A stretch of DNA of 63,480 bases, counting the filler, from an uncultured Methanosarcinales archaeon (GTDB lineage: Archaea > Nanobdellota > Nanobdellia > Woesearchaeales > CAZKBD01): assembly GCA_964550945.1 (NCBI GenBank). It is 6 parts of 6 records of this genome, joined end to end, with 100 filler letters (N's around TTAATTAATTAA, not from the genome) between each part and the next. Parts side by side here need not be neighbours in the genome. Positions count along the whole stretch, not along the records: positions 22,666 to 33,776 come from CAZKBD010000062.1; positions 33,877 to 44,903 come from CAZKBD010000063.1; 4 more parts are not named here. One strand, given 5' to 3'. Shown here piece after piece: positions 30,701 to 38,856 of the stretch (the stretch's first letter is position 1; the number at the start of each line of letters is the position of its first letter). The notes beneath the pieces are model-generated. The model searched no databases and had not been told where the DNA came from. It saw only the letters and a program-made list of their open reading frames with translations. Position numbers and translations under genes: made by a program.

Positions 30701-32194
30701 GACAGAAATGTTGGCATAGAGCCTTACATGGCTGGTGTTAATGCAGACACATATCCACAGCTGAACAAAAGAGTAAACATAACATTGTTCGACTTGTCTT
30801 ATACAGACATTCCAGCGATAAAATACAGCAACGAGTTTAAATTTGACGAATCTGAAATCACAGAATTATGTGATTTCTGCAATATGATCAGCTATACAGC
30901 ACCACCAACTACTAATGGGGATGTTGTATTTGAGGCAGGTCAATTTAATGGTGTTTTCCTTGTGATATCAAACAGAGCTCCTGAGATAACCTCAGGCCCA
31001 GTTGTAACAGCTTATGTTGGCGAGCCATATAGGTATGATGTTGATGCAATTGACTTAGATGGAAATACCTTAGCATATTCGTTAACGACAAAGCCAACTG
31101 GCATGACAATAAACAGCAATGGAATGATAAGCTGGACACCAGATGCAATCGGCGATTATAATGTGGAAAGCTTAGTTGAGGATGGCAATGGTGGCAGTGA
31201 TACACAAGAATTTACCATTACTGTAACAGAATCACCAAAGCTTAGAATAAAGAATGTAGAGGCAAAGGTAGATGATGAGAAAGACAAGAATGTTGGCAAC
31301 GGAGACACAATAAACAAAGAAGCAAAGCCGTTATCTAATGTTGAATTCACTGTTGAAGTTGAAAACAAATATGCTAAAGACATGAAAATCGAGGATGTTG
31401 AAGCAACAGTAACCATTGATGGAATAGATGACGGAGAGGAGCTGGAAGAAGATGCAGAGATAGGCGATATCAGCGCAGGCAAGGACAAATCAGAGAAAAT
31501 AAAGTTCACAATGCCTTTAAAAGTTGATGAAGACACTTATGATGTTAAAATTTTGGTTGAAGGCGATGATGAAAATGGTACAAGGCATTCTGATGAGTGG
31601 ACTGTTTATCTGGAATTGAAGAAAGACAAGCACAGCGTTATATTGAGGGATGTTGAATTGTCACCATCAATAGTAAAGTGCCAGAAGAGCGCCAATCTAG
31701 GATTTACAGCAACCAACATTGGATCAGAAGATGAAGACAAGGTAAGTGTAAGCATATACAACAAAGATTTGGATGTGAGCAAGACATTTAGCAGCAGAGA
31801 GCTTGCTGAAGGGACTGATGATGATAGCGATTATGCAGATAGCTTATCAATAAAATTGGAAAACGCCAAAGAAGGAGCATATCCTATCACAGTAAAAGCT
31901 TATTACGACGGCAAATTGGCAGATGAGGAAACAGTAGAGCTGACAAAAGAAAAATGCGATGCGCCAATAACAACAAAAAAAACAGAGGAAAAAGTGACAG
32001 TCCAGAAACAAAAGCCAATAGAAATCCCTATGTATTATGCGCCTAGAGGAGCAGGACAAGGGATACAACCAACAACAATAACCTTTACAGACTCATCAAC
32101 TTATGTGTTCTTAGTGGCAATATTGATCATATTGCTGGCAGGAGCCACTTTGTTTGCTTTTGGAGTGCTTATATCAGGGGCTAAGAAAAGGTAA
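27767..32194 (+). CDS. large multidomain surface protein (lamin-tail, FN3, cadherin/Ig repeats, S-layer-like C-terminus, TM anchor)
   Basis: Signal peptide; NEFE..EWIELYN; DTTAP..W.TDE..Y..H...L.GL...YYY; NRAP.I/DIDGD Ig repeats; C-terminal TM + KKR. Confidence 0.85.
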   Translation: MLRKIFVLILVVALLASSVSALSATRSFSDNSADPSQILEVSISVDGSGATVYGVDEYVPAGWTVSGISDTGSLVGNKVSWLFLDNTNRVLKYNATAPVSSGPYLFAGNYTDGVSLFPITGDNTVAVAIASSPTIKVNEFESNPSLGNEWIELYNPNAFAVNITGWKLYDGLTTPSLIYTISETIIPSHGYYVAELSSSKLNNGDEFVTLKDPSDAQVDQTPTKADSAGDDRTWQRVPDGTDNWVFTTQTRDATNGAAADTTAPTISNINVAPSGNSATVSWATDESSNSTVYYGETLSLGSERSSSSSVTLHSVSLTGLDASTSYYYKVKSCDSSGNCAESSTSNFMTPITTSCIDDLMPNYVRGKIIIAGIDAPADTPYIITVTSGANSGYVYNTGEVDDSKVPNFLYGNGYFDTADNICFSTGATFTLTVPGHSGSITGTFENGGNGDFNDAINLPTEDFTPIPQHAPTINTFSPTDLTPDIAENGMLSFSHTAGDIDGDTLSYQYKLDSVVVASGSGNSGVYNYNPDYLAAGTHDMDLVVEDPTHRTATKQWDVTVTNVNRNPTITSIPSADATEDTQYTYTLVATDTDTDDILTYSVNSTRFTQNGNQFRWTPDQEEVGEHSFKFRVQDDKSGYDEQVAVITVSNVDDAAVWQVLSSKQINEDSPDGTVVYEDLLLKCSDVDSSISMSVNSTPTHYDLVFSGDNLIINNLEADWAGTETVNLDCNGVAKSFALTVNEVNDAAVWSTLDDKTVGEDSPDGTTVYSNLKPLCNDPDDAENVTVLGPGAHYRLYFGGNDLKIESMEPNFNDGEETVTLDCNGIHGTFSLTVTPTNDAPIINSYYPTINPIIAEDGSEEFGITYGDIDAGDAHTLTWTVDGAVKGHGANFIYNGSNFVGRYTKDVLIEVSDSSAAASHSWILTETSCPIADTFTTTPSDLCSLTEWELASVFPLIIENAYGRIEWLEPVDLRNVVDLDRNVGIEPYMAGVNADTYPQLNKRVNITLFDLSYTDIPAIKYSNEFKFDESEITELCDFCNMISYTAPPTTNGDVVFEAGQFNGVFLVISNRAPEITSGPVVTAYVGEPYRYDVDAIDLDGNTLAYSLTTKPTGMTINSNGMISWTPDAIGDYNVESLVEDGNGGSDTQEFTITVTESPKLRIKNVEAKVDDEKDKNVGNGDTINKEAKPLSNVEFTVEVENKYAKDMKIEDVEATVTIDGIDDGEELEEDAEIGDISAGKDKSEKIKFTMPLKVDEDTYDVKILVEGDDENGTRHSDEWTVYLELKKDKHSVILRDVELSPSIVKCQKSANLGFTATNIGSEDEDKVSVSIYNKDLDVSKTFSSRELAEGTDDDSDYADSLSIKLENAKEGAYPITVKAYYDGKLADEETVELTKEKCDAPITTKKTEEKVTVQKQKPIEIPMYYAPRGAGQGIQPTTITFTDSSTYVFLVAILIILLAGATLFAFGVLISGAKKR

Positions 32195-32264
32195 TCTTTT
32201 CTTTATTTTTTATTAATTTTTTATTATTTTGTTCTGATATTATATATCTTGATTCAGCAGCTGC

Positions 32265-32810
32265 TTAACTGCATATCTCACATTCTTCCTCAAAGCACAT
32301 GCACTCTGGCTCATAATACTCTCGCGCATGCTTGCATGAGGGGCATTTTGCTGGAGGCTCAGTTCCGACATGGATATAGCCGCATTTAGAGCATTTCCAC
32401 CTTATTGGATTGTCTCTTTTGTAAACAGCTCCTTTTTCAATCATCTCAAGAAGCTTTTTGTATCTTTTTTCATGGTGTGATTCAACTTCTCCGACCTCTT
32501 TGAATAATCTAGCAGCCTCTTTGTTGCCTTCTTTCTCTGCAATCTTCTGGAATTCAGGATACATCTTTGTTGTTTCATAATGCTCGCCAGAAATTGCCTC
32601 TTTCAGGTTATCTTTTGTGCTTCCAATGCCATTTAGAAGCTTAAACTCGTCCTTTGCGTGCTGCATTTCGTTCAATGCAGTCTCTTCAAAGATTTTTGCA
32701 ATATAATGATATCCTTCGTTTGTTGCAACCTTTGCAAAATAAGTATATTTGTTTCTTGCCTGGCTTTCTCCTGCAAAAGCAGCCTTTAAATTTTCTTCTG
32801 TTTTTCCCAT
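32265..32810 (-). CDS. rbr: rubrerythrin
   Basis: AFAGESQARNKY, ExxH motifs, C-terminal CSKCGY..CPSC. Confidence 0.95.
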   Translation of the reverse strand: MGKTEENLKAAFAGESQARNKYTYFAKVATNEGYHYIAKIFEETALNEMQHAKDEFKLLNGIGSTKDNLKEAISGEHYETTKMYPEFQKIAEKEGNKEAARLFKEVGEVESHHEKRYKKLLEMIEKGAVYKRDNPIRWKCSKCGYIHVGTEPPAKCPSCKHAREYYEPECMCFEEECEICS

Positions 32811-32823
32811 CTTTATTACCTCA

Positions 32824-33093
32824 TCAATCTTTTTTTACAAATAATCCGCACCAGCACATGTTCTTTTGCACCCATACATCCTGGGATTTGAAATTGCATG
32901 GGCATATAAGCTCTAGGTCTCTTTCTCTTGAACCGTCTCTTAACCTGCATGGGCATAGCTTAAGGCCAAATTTTTTTTCATTTTTTAAAAGGCCGTCAAT
33001 TATTATATTGATATGCTCTTGGTCGGGATTTAGCTTGAAGTCATTCTTCTCGCTGAATTTTTCCCATATCCTCATAAGGTCTTCTTTTTTCAA
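32824..33093 (-). CDS. ferredoxin-thioredoxin reductase catalytic subunit-like protein
   Basis: CPC...CPC...CWCGLF. Confidence 0.9.
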   Translation of the reverse strand: MKKEDLMRIWEKFSEKNDFKLNPDQEHINIIIDGLLKNEKKFGLKLCPCRLRDGSRERDLELICPCNFKSQDVWVQKNMCWCGLFVKKD

Positions 33094-33233
33094 AGCTCCA
33101 TCACATTCTTAGCTTCTTCATTACTAATTTCAACATAGGCATTCTTTGCCTGGCAAGTTGGGCATATCTCTGGGCAGCCCGTCCCATAGTGTATATCATT
33201 GCACACATTGCATCTCCAAAATGTTTTAGGCAT
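33090..33233 (-). CDS. rubredoxin-like small protein (47 aa, below ORF-track cutoff)
   Basis: MPKTFWRCNVCNDIHYGTGCPEICPTCQAKNAYVEISNEEAKNVMEL*; stop overlaps the FTR start; GGTGA RBS. Confidence 0.82.
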   Translation of the reverse strand: MPKTFWRCNVCNDIHYGTGCPEICPTCQAKNAYVEISNEEAKNVMEL

Positions 33234-33295
33234 CTTCTCATCACCCAATTAGATGGATGTTTTCATAATCGCCAGTTTCTTCCATCTTTGGCTGT

Positions 33296-33742
33296 TTACT
33301 CTACAACGACTTCTCCTTTCATGTAAGGGTGAGGTGTGCAATAATAACTGAATGTGCCTATATCATCAAATGTATAATTCCACGACTGGTCTTTTGACAA
33401 AAGGCCGGAATCAAACAGATTATCATCAGATGTTACAGTATGCCTAACAGAATCCCTCTGAGTCCATGTGACTGTTGTTCCTTTTTTTACTGTAATGGAT
33501 TGTGGGTCAAACGCGAATCCTTTAATCTCCACTTCCTCAGTTTTTGCTGCCTCTGGCTCCTGCTTTATAGGTTCAGCAATTATTTCTTCAGTTGGTTTTT
33601 GAGCAGGCTCTTGACTAGGCTCTTCTACTACTGCCCTCTCAGGCGTTTCTGTATTATCGATTGCAGGCATTGCTGATAATGGGTTCTCAGCTTGCTTTGC
33701 ACAGCCAACTAACAACACTAATGCAGCTAGAAAAAAAGCCAT
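33296..33742 (-). CDS. plastocyanin/amicyanin-type blue copper lipoprotein
   Basis: LVGC lipobox-like, FAFDP, HTVT, YYCTPHPYM; the frame stays open to the contig end so the start may lie upstream. Confidence 0.88.
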   Translation of the reverse strand: MAFFLAALVLLVGCAKQAENPLSAMPAIDNTETPERAVVEEPSQEPAQKPTEEIIAEPIKQEPEAAKTEEVEIKGFAFDPQSITVKKGTTVTWTQRDSVRHTVTSDDNLFDSGLLSKDQSWNYTFDDIGTFSYYCTPHPYMKGEVVVE

Positions 33743-33776
33743 ATTTATTCTCCAATTATTCCATCTAATTCCATCC

Positions 33777-33876
33777 NNNNNNNNNNNNNNNNNNNNNNNN
33801 NNNNNNNNNNNNNNNNNNNNTTAATTAATTAANNNNNNNNNNNNNNNNNNNNNNNNNNNNNNNNNNNNNNNNNNNN
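33777..33876. other. artificial contig spacer
   Basis: N44-TTAATTAATTAA-N44. Confidence 0.98.
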
Positions 33877-34098
33877 TAATATCAAGAAATCATATTCATT
33901 TTCAAATGCAGCTTGGATATACTTAAGCATGCTACTTTGTGTAACACTAAAAGGGAGATGGCACCACGCTAGAGTATGAATGTGGCCCGCAAATCTGGCA
34001 AAATCATCCTTTTTGCTTAGATCATCACCTAACAAAACATGCGTATCGTGCGCATATCTGTCTACCCTTTCCAGTCTTGAAGTATATCTTGGTTCCAT
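33877..34098 (-). CDS. hypothetical protein, 3'-truncated
   Basis: ORF runs into the spacer; upstream GAAAGGTTTATAAA promoter. Confidence 0.5.
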
Positions 34099-34350
34099 TT
34101 AACAAGCATTTAGGTAATTGTACAATAGGACTAAGAGAATATTACTTCTTTATAAACCTTTCCTTTTTAACTATCAATAAGTAGTTAATAATCAACAGAT
34201 ATTTGTTTACAAAACCTTTAAAAACAGTTTATCTTTTCCAATTAAGAACTCCAGAAACAAGACCTATGCTAACGGCAAAACAATTAGACTAGTTTGACAG
34301 AAAGGTTTATATATATGGTTATACTACCATAATTTTATGGTGTTATTAAC

Positions 34351-34932
34351 ATGAGACCTAAGGAATCCACTATTGTCAGGTTTCTTATAGAGCATAAACA
34401 TGAAGAGTTGAATATCCTTAATATCTCCAAAGCCCTGAAAATGGACTATAAGAATGTGTATTCTATTATTAAGCGGCTAGAAAAGACATATTTGGTAAAG
34501 ATTGAGACTTTTGGTCAGTCAAGCAGGGTTAAGCTTAATGGTTTAGTTCATCCGCTTATTTTTGAAGCAGAATTCGAGCGCAGAAAAGAGATTTTAAAGG
34601 ATAAAAACTTTGCAGTCATATTAAGCAGCTTCAAAAGGGGAATAAAATCAAAGCTCTATGTTTTGCTGCTGTTTGGCTCGTATGCAAAAAGAACGCAGAC
34701 CAAGAGTTCTGATATCGACTTAATGTTTATATGCCCTGATGGGCTTGAAAATATTTTTGAAAAAGAGGTTAATAGAGTTGCACGTTCCATGCCTTTACCC
34801 ATGCATTCCTTGGTATTTTCAGAGAGTCAGTTTCTTGAGATGATTAATGCGAGAGATTCTAATGTTGGACAGGAAGCTTTAAAACATAACGTGATTCTAT
34901 ATGGTGTAGAACCATATTATGAGTTGATTTGA
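34351..34932 (+). CDS. HTH + minimal nucleotidyltransferase (MNT antitoxin)
   Basis: N-terminal HTH; LFGSYAK....SDIDL. Confidence 0.88.
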   Translation: MRPKESTIVRFLIEHKHEELNILNISKALKMDYKNVYSIIKRLEKTYLVKIETFGQSSRVKLNGLVHPLIFEAEFERRKEILKDKNFAVILSSFKRGIKSKLYVLLLFGSYAKRTQTKSSDIDLMFICPDGLENIFEKEVNRVARSMPLPMHSLVFSESQFLEMINARDSNVGQEALKHNVILYGVEPYYELI

Positions 34933-35484
34933 ATGATTGACGCAAACCAGAAAAAAGAAGCCAAGCAGAATTTTGACAGATATTTGCAGGATGGACTTAT
35001 AAAAAAGGAAAAGAATGAAACAGCCAGAGCCACGTATCTGAAAAATACTGAATTGTCGCTTAATCTTGCAGAGGAGTGCATGAACAGCGCATTAAGGCCT
35101 TATCTTTGGGTTGTTGTCATCTCTTATTATTCGATGTTTTATATTGCAAATGCAGTTCTGCTTAACTTGGGATATAAAACTGGAGATAAAATAGTCCATA
35201 AAGTTACAAGTGACGCTTTGATTGTCTTGGTTATAGACAAGCTCAGGAAAGGGCTTTTGGAAGAGTATGAGGATGCAAAAGAAGATGCTTTGGAAATCGC
35301 TTCCATCAGGTCAGAAGAGCTTATGGTTTTTTATTCGCTGGAGATGGACAAGCGCTCAAGATTTCAATATGACATGACTGAAAGCATTCAGGAGAAGAAG
35401 GCAAGGACTTCTCTCACAAGAGCAAGAGAGTTTATACTTGAGATGAAGAAATTATTGCCTGAGTTTAAATTGGTGAGATCGTAA
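34933..35484 (+). CDS. HEPN domain protein
   Basis: SYYSMFY.A.AVL...HK and RSRFQY; abuts the MNT gene. Confidence 0.82.
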   Translation: MIDANQKKEAKQNFDRYLQDGLIKKEKNETARATYLKNTELSLNLAEECMNSALRPYLWVVVISYYSMFYIANAVLLNLGYKTGDKIVHKVTSDALIVLVIDKLRKGLLEEYEDAKEDALEIASIRSEELMVFYSLEMDKRSRFQYDMTESIQEKKARTSLTRAREFILEMKKLLPEFKLVRS

Positions 35485-35579
35485 CTGAACTGGTTCTAGT
35501 GGGTTTTTTAACAAAATCAGCCAGCACTCCTCAAACCACTTTCAAAACCTTTAAAAATAATTTAGGGTTCTTATGCTCT

Positions 35580-37337
35580 ATGGCAGAGATTAGAAGGATA
35601 TTAGTAACGTTTGTAGGCCATGTTGACCATGGGAAATCGAGTATATTGGATAAGATTAGGGGCACCACTATTGTTGAAAGGGAAGCAGGAAAAATAACCC
35701 AGGCAATTGGGGCTTCAATAATACCTATTGACACGATCAAAAGGGTATGCGGAGAGTTATTGAACGCAATAAAGACAGATGTTGCAATGCCAGGCATCTT
35801 AGCTATTGATACTCCTGGGCATGCGGCTTTTACCAACCTAAGAAAAAGAGGAGGTAACCTGGCTGATATTGCGGTTGTTGTTATTGACGTTAATGAAGGG
35901 CTTATGCCCCAAACCTTGGAAGCGATAGACATCTTAAAGCAATACAAGACTCCGTTTATAATAGCGTTAAATAAAATTGATTTACTGTCAGGATGGCAGT
36001 CTAAAGGCAAATTCCTGCTGCAGAATATCAGCCAGCTGAATGAAAATGCGCAGCTTTTATTGGACAAAAAGCTTTACGAGATTGTTGGCAAGCTTAGCCA
36101 GCTTGGCTTTGAGAGCGAAAGATTTGACAGAATCGAAGATTATACAAAACAGCTTGCAATTGTGCCAACATCAGCAAGAACAGGAGATGGAATCCCTGAG
36201 CTGCTTATGGTGCTGACTGGATTAGCCCAGAAATATCTTGAAAATTCCCTGAAGTGCAATATTAAAGGAGCTGCAAAAGGAACTGTCCTTGAAGTGAAGG
36301 AAGAGAAGGGCATTGGAAAATGCCTTGATGTGATCATCTATGATGGCAGTTTGAAGATCAAGGATACCATTGTTATTGGAGGGCTAGAGAAGCCAATTGT
36401 AACTAAGGTTAAAACATTATTTGAGCCAGCGCCTTTGGCAGAGATGAGGGACAAAAAAGCGAAATTCAAGTCAGTTAATAGTGTAGCGGCTGCAACTGGC
36501 GTAAAAATATCTGCTCATGATATCGACGAGGTTGTTGCGGGGATGCCATTAAGGTCTTGCTCAGAATCTGAACTAGATAATGTTAAAGAAGAAATACAAA
36601 AAGAGGTTGAAGAGGTTTTACTTGAAACAGACAATGAGGGGATTGTCATCAAGGCTGATTCTTTGGGAAGCCTGGAAGCTTTGTCTAAGCTTCTAAGGGA
36701 AAAAAATATCTCAATAAGCAGGGCTTCTGTCGGCAATATCAATAAAAAAGACATCTCAGATGCTGAAGCCAATCTTGAAAGAAACCACCTGTTTGCAGTT
36801 ATCTTAGGATTTAATGTCACAAATGAAACAGAGGAAGGCAAAGTAAAAATAATCACCAATGAAGTGATCTACAACCTGATTGAAGATTATGAAAAATGGC
36901 AAAAAAGTGAAATAAAGCGCATGGAGGCGGAAAAATTAGAGAATGTGATAAGGCCATGCAAGATACAGCTATTAAAAGGCTATGTTTTCAGGCAGAGCAA
37001 TCCTGCTATTGTAGGAGTGGATGTATTGGCAGGGACATTGACAACAAATATGCCTTTGATGAAAGAGGATGGCAATGAGCTGACAACAGCCAAATCAATG
37101 CAGATGGATAAGGAGAATGTTGAAAAGGCAGAAAGAAACAAGCAAGTGGCTGTTTCGCTGCCAGGGGTTGTTGTTGGAAGGCAGATAAATGAAGGAGACA
37201 TACTTTATTCAGCAATACCTGAAGAGGATTTTAAGAAGATGAAAGACCTAAAAAGCTATTTAAGCAAGGATGAGATTGCGGTCATCAAAGAGGTTGCGCA
37301 GATAAAAAGAAAGAATAATCCTGTCTGGGGAGTTTGA
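35580..37337 (+). CDS. infB: translation initiation factor aIF5B (IF-2)
   Basis: GHVDHGKS, ITQAIGA, DTPGHAAF.NLR.RGG, NKID, KADSLGSLEAL; start at MAEIRR. Confidence 0.97.
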   Translation: MAEIRRILVTFVGHVDHGKSSILDKIRGTTIVEREAGKITQAIGASIIPIDTIKRVCGELLNAIKTDVAMPGILAIDTPGHAAFTNLRKRGGNLADIAVVVIDVNEGLMPQTLEAIDILKQYKTPFIIALNKIDLLSGWQSKGKFLLQNISQLNENAQLLLDKKLYEIVGKLSQLGFESERFDRIEDYTKQLAIVPTSARTGDGIPELLMVLTGLAQKYLENSLKCNIKGAAKGTVLEVKEEKGIGKCLDVIIYDGSLKIKDTIVIGGLEKPIVTKVKTLFEPAPLAEMRDKKAKFKSVNSVAAATGVKISAHDIDEVVAGMPLRSCSESELDNVKEEIQKEVEEVLLETDNEGIVIKADSLGSLEALSKLLREKNISISRASVGNINKKDISDAEANLERNHLFAVILGFNVTNETEEGKVKIITNEVIYNLIEDYEKWQKSEIKRMEAEKLENVIRPCKIQLLKGYVFRQSNPAIVGVDVLAGTLTTNMPLMKEDGNELTTAKSMQMDKENVEKAERNKQVAVSLPGVVVGRQINEGDILYSAIPEEDFKKMKDLKSYLSKDEIAVIKEVAQIKRKNNPVWGV

Positions 37338-37344
37338 TTAAAAT

Positions 37345-37497
37345 ATGTTAACTAGAATAATAGGTAAAAATCATTTAATTGATCCTGATACTATTATGAC
37401 TGATGATGAGTATCGCTTATTTAAGCAAAGTATGAGGGAACAAAAAGAGGGAAAGTCTATCCCTATCTCTGAAATGAAGAAGAATTTAAGACTGTAG
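37345..37497 (+). CDS. small orphan antitoxin-like protein (50 aa)
   Basis: MLTRIIGKNHLIDPDTIMTDDEYRLFKQSMREQKEGKSIPISEMKKNLRL*; the C-terminal pattern resembles archaeal RelB-type antitoxins. Confidence 0.5.
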   Translation: MLTRIIGKNHLIDPDTIMTDDEYRLFKQSMREQKEGKSIPISEMKKNLRL

Positions 37498-37505
37498 ATG
37501 ACGTA

Positions 37506-37745
37506 GTGATTTTAAGTTAATAATAAAAAAAAATAATATTAATATCAATAAAAAATTTTAAAGTCAAAAGGTGAAGAAATAATTTTAAAATAAAATCAAT
37601 CACCCGTAATTATTAAATCAATGGTTGATTATTAGCCATTAAGAATAAAAATCAATAAGAAATAAAATTAATTAAAATAAAAAATTAAAACTAATAATAA
37701 AAAAAATAAATAATTATTACCAACTACTGTCCAAGGGAGCACAAC
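37506..37745. repeat. AT-rich dispersed ~240-bp element, copy B (inverted)
   Basis: GTGATTTTAAGTTAATAATAAAAA, TTAAAGTCAAAA, AATGGTTGATTATTAGCCATT, ATTACCAACTACTGTCCAA are reverse complements of blocks in copies A and C. Confidence 0.8.
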
Positions 37746-37749
37746 GTTA

Positions 37750-38199
37750 ATGCAAAACCTAAAAATTCTTAACAAAAAGGAAACCAAGCAAATTCTGTCT
37801 ATAATAAGCAAGCAGTTTGGCTGTGATGTTGAATTGGATTATGTTTTTATGAAAAATGAGAAAAACAAGATTTTCATAACAAACAGGCAAATCAGCGAAA
37901 TAGACCTCTCGAAACTAAGGGTAAACTCTGTCGGGCTTTACATTGCCGAGCAGAAAGACAATCAAATAAGGCTGAGCATAGAAGGATCTCAGCTGATAGG
38001 GCCTTATGCCAAAAAGAATGTTGTTGAGCTGAATGAAGAGCAGGCCAGCAAATGGATGAAAGGAGAAGACCTTGAGATTGAGGGAGATTACTCTGGATTC
38101 GTGATTATAAAATACAAAAAAGATTTCTTAGGCTGCGGTAAATATTCTAATGGAAGAATATGGAATTATGTGAACAAGATTAGAAGGATTAATGCTTAG
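37750..38199 (+). CDS. NIP7/RsmF-C-terminal-like PUA RNA-binding protein
   Basis: GLYIAE...IRLSIEGSQLIG..AKKNVVEL...W.KG.D...LGCGK. Confidence 0.72.
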   Translation: MQNLKILNKKETKQILSIISKQFGCDVELDYVFMKNEKNKIFITNRQISEIDLSKLRVNSVGLYIAEQKDNQIRLSIEGSQLIGPYAKKNVVELNEEQASKWMKGEDLEIEGDYSGFVIIKYKKDFLGCGKYSNGRIWNYVNKIRRINA

Positions 38200-38854
38200 A
38201 TAGAAAAACATAGCAATTCTGAACTCTGGTCTCTTCTCGCGCTACATATACTCTTGAAAAAGACAATCCATTCTGGAGCGCGTCTTCTCTAAACTCTATT
38301 ACCCCCGGCCCACCTATAAGGACTAAATTGGCTCCTTGCTTTGATTGCTCTGCAAATTTGGCAATAAGGTCGAATACAGTCAAAGAGTTTAGTCTATGAA
38401 GAAAGTAATCTACATCCTGAAAATCTATACCTAATTGCCTATAAGATTGATCAGCAAGATAATTGCCTTGTGCAACCTTGAATTGACTGGGGATTATCCT
38501 TTGTTGATAAAGCGTTTCAGAAGCATCTCTAGAAACACTTATTAGATACTCTTCTAAATCTAGCCCGTAGCAATCAAAGCCAAACAGGGATCCTATTGCA
38601 AGCGATCTTGAATCGCCACATCCAGCATCCATAATCTTTAGCCCTTCTAAATCTGAAAGTTCCCTAGTCTTTCTTTGGCGCATAATGCCCGCGGTTATTA
38701 TATCCACAAAAATATCTACACTATTAGCTAAAAAAACACCAGTAGCATCTTTGCTGCCTGTAATAAATATATGCTTTCCATCTCTAGCTAGCTGCCTATC
38801 AAGATCTGCATAATACTTCCTTATCCTTTGTACATCCTCAAATAAGTCTTTCAT
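38189..38854 (-). CDS. class I SAM-dependent methyltransferase (DOT1-like)
   Basis: IMDAGCGDSR, YGLD, QGNY, DVDYF; start 2 nt after the synthetase-like stop. Confidence 0.72.
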   Translation of the reverse strand: MKDLFEDVQRIRKYYADLDRQLARDGKHIFITGSKDATGVFLANSVDIFVDIITAGIMRQRKTRELSDLEGLKIMDAGCGDSRSLAIGSLFGFDCYGLDLEEYLISVSRDASETLYQQRIIPSQFKVAQGNYLADQSYRQLGIDFQDVDYFLHRLNSLTVFDLIAKFAEQSKQGANLVLIGGPGVIEFREDALQNGLSFSRVYVAREETRVQNCYVFLSKH

Positions 38855-38856
38855 TA

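Noticed and set aside
34210..35557. 15-bp direct repeat CAAAACCTTTAAAAA around the MNT-HEPN pair as an insertion scar
   Set aside because: It is a low-complexity BRE-TATA-type motif; insufficient evidence
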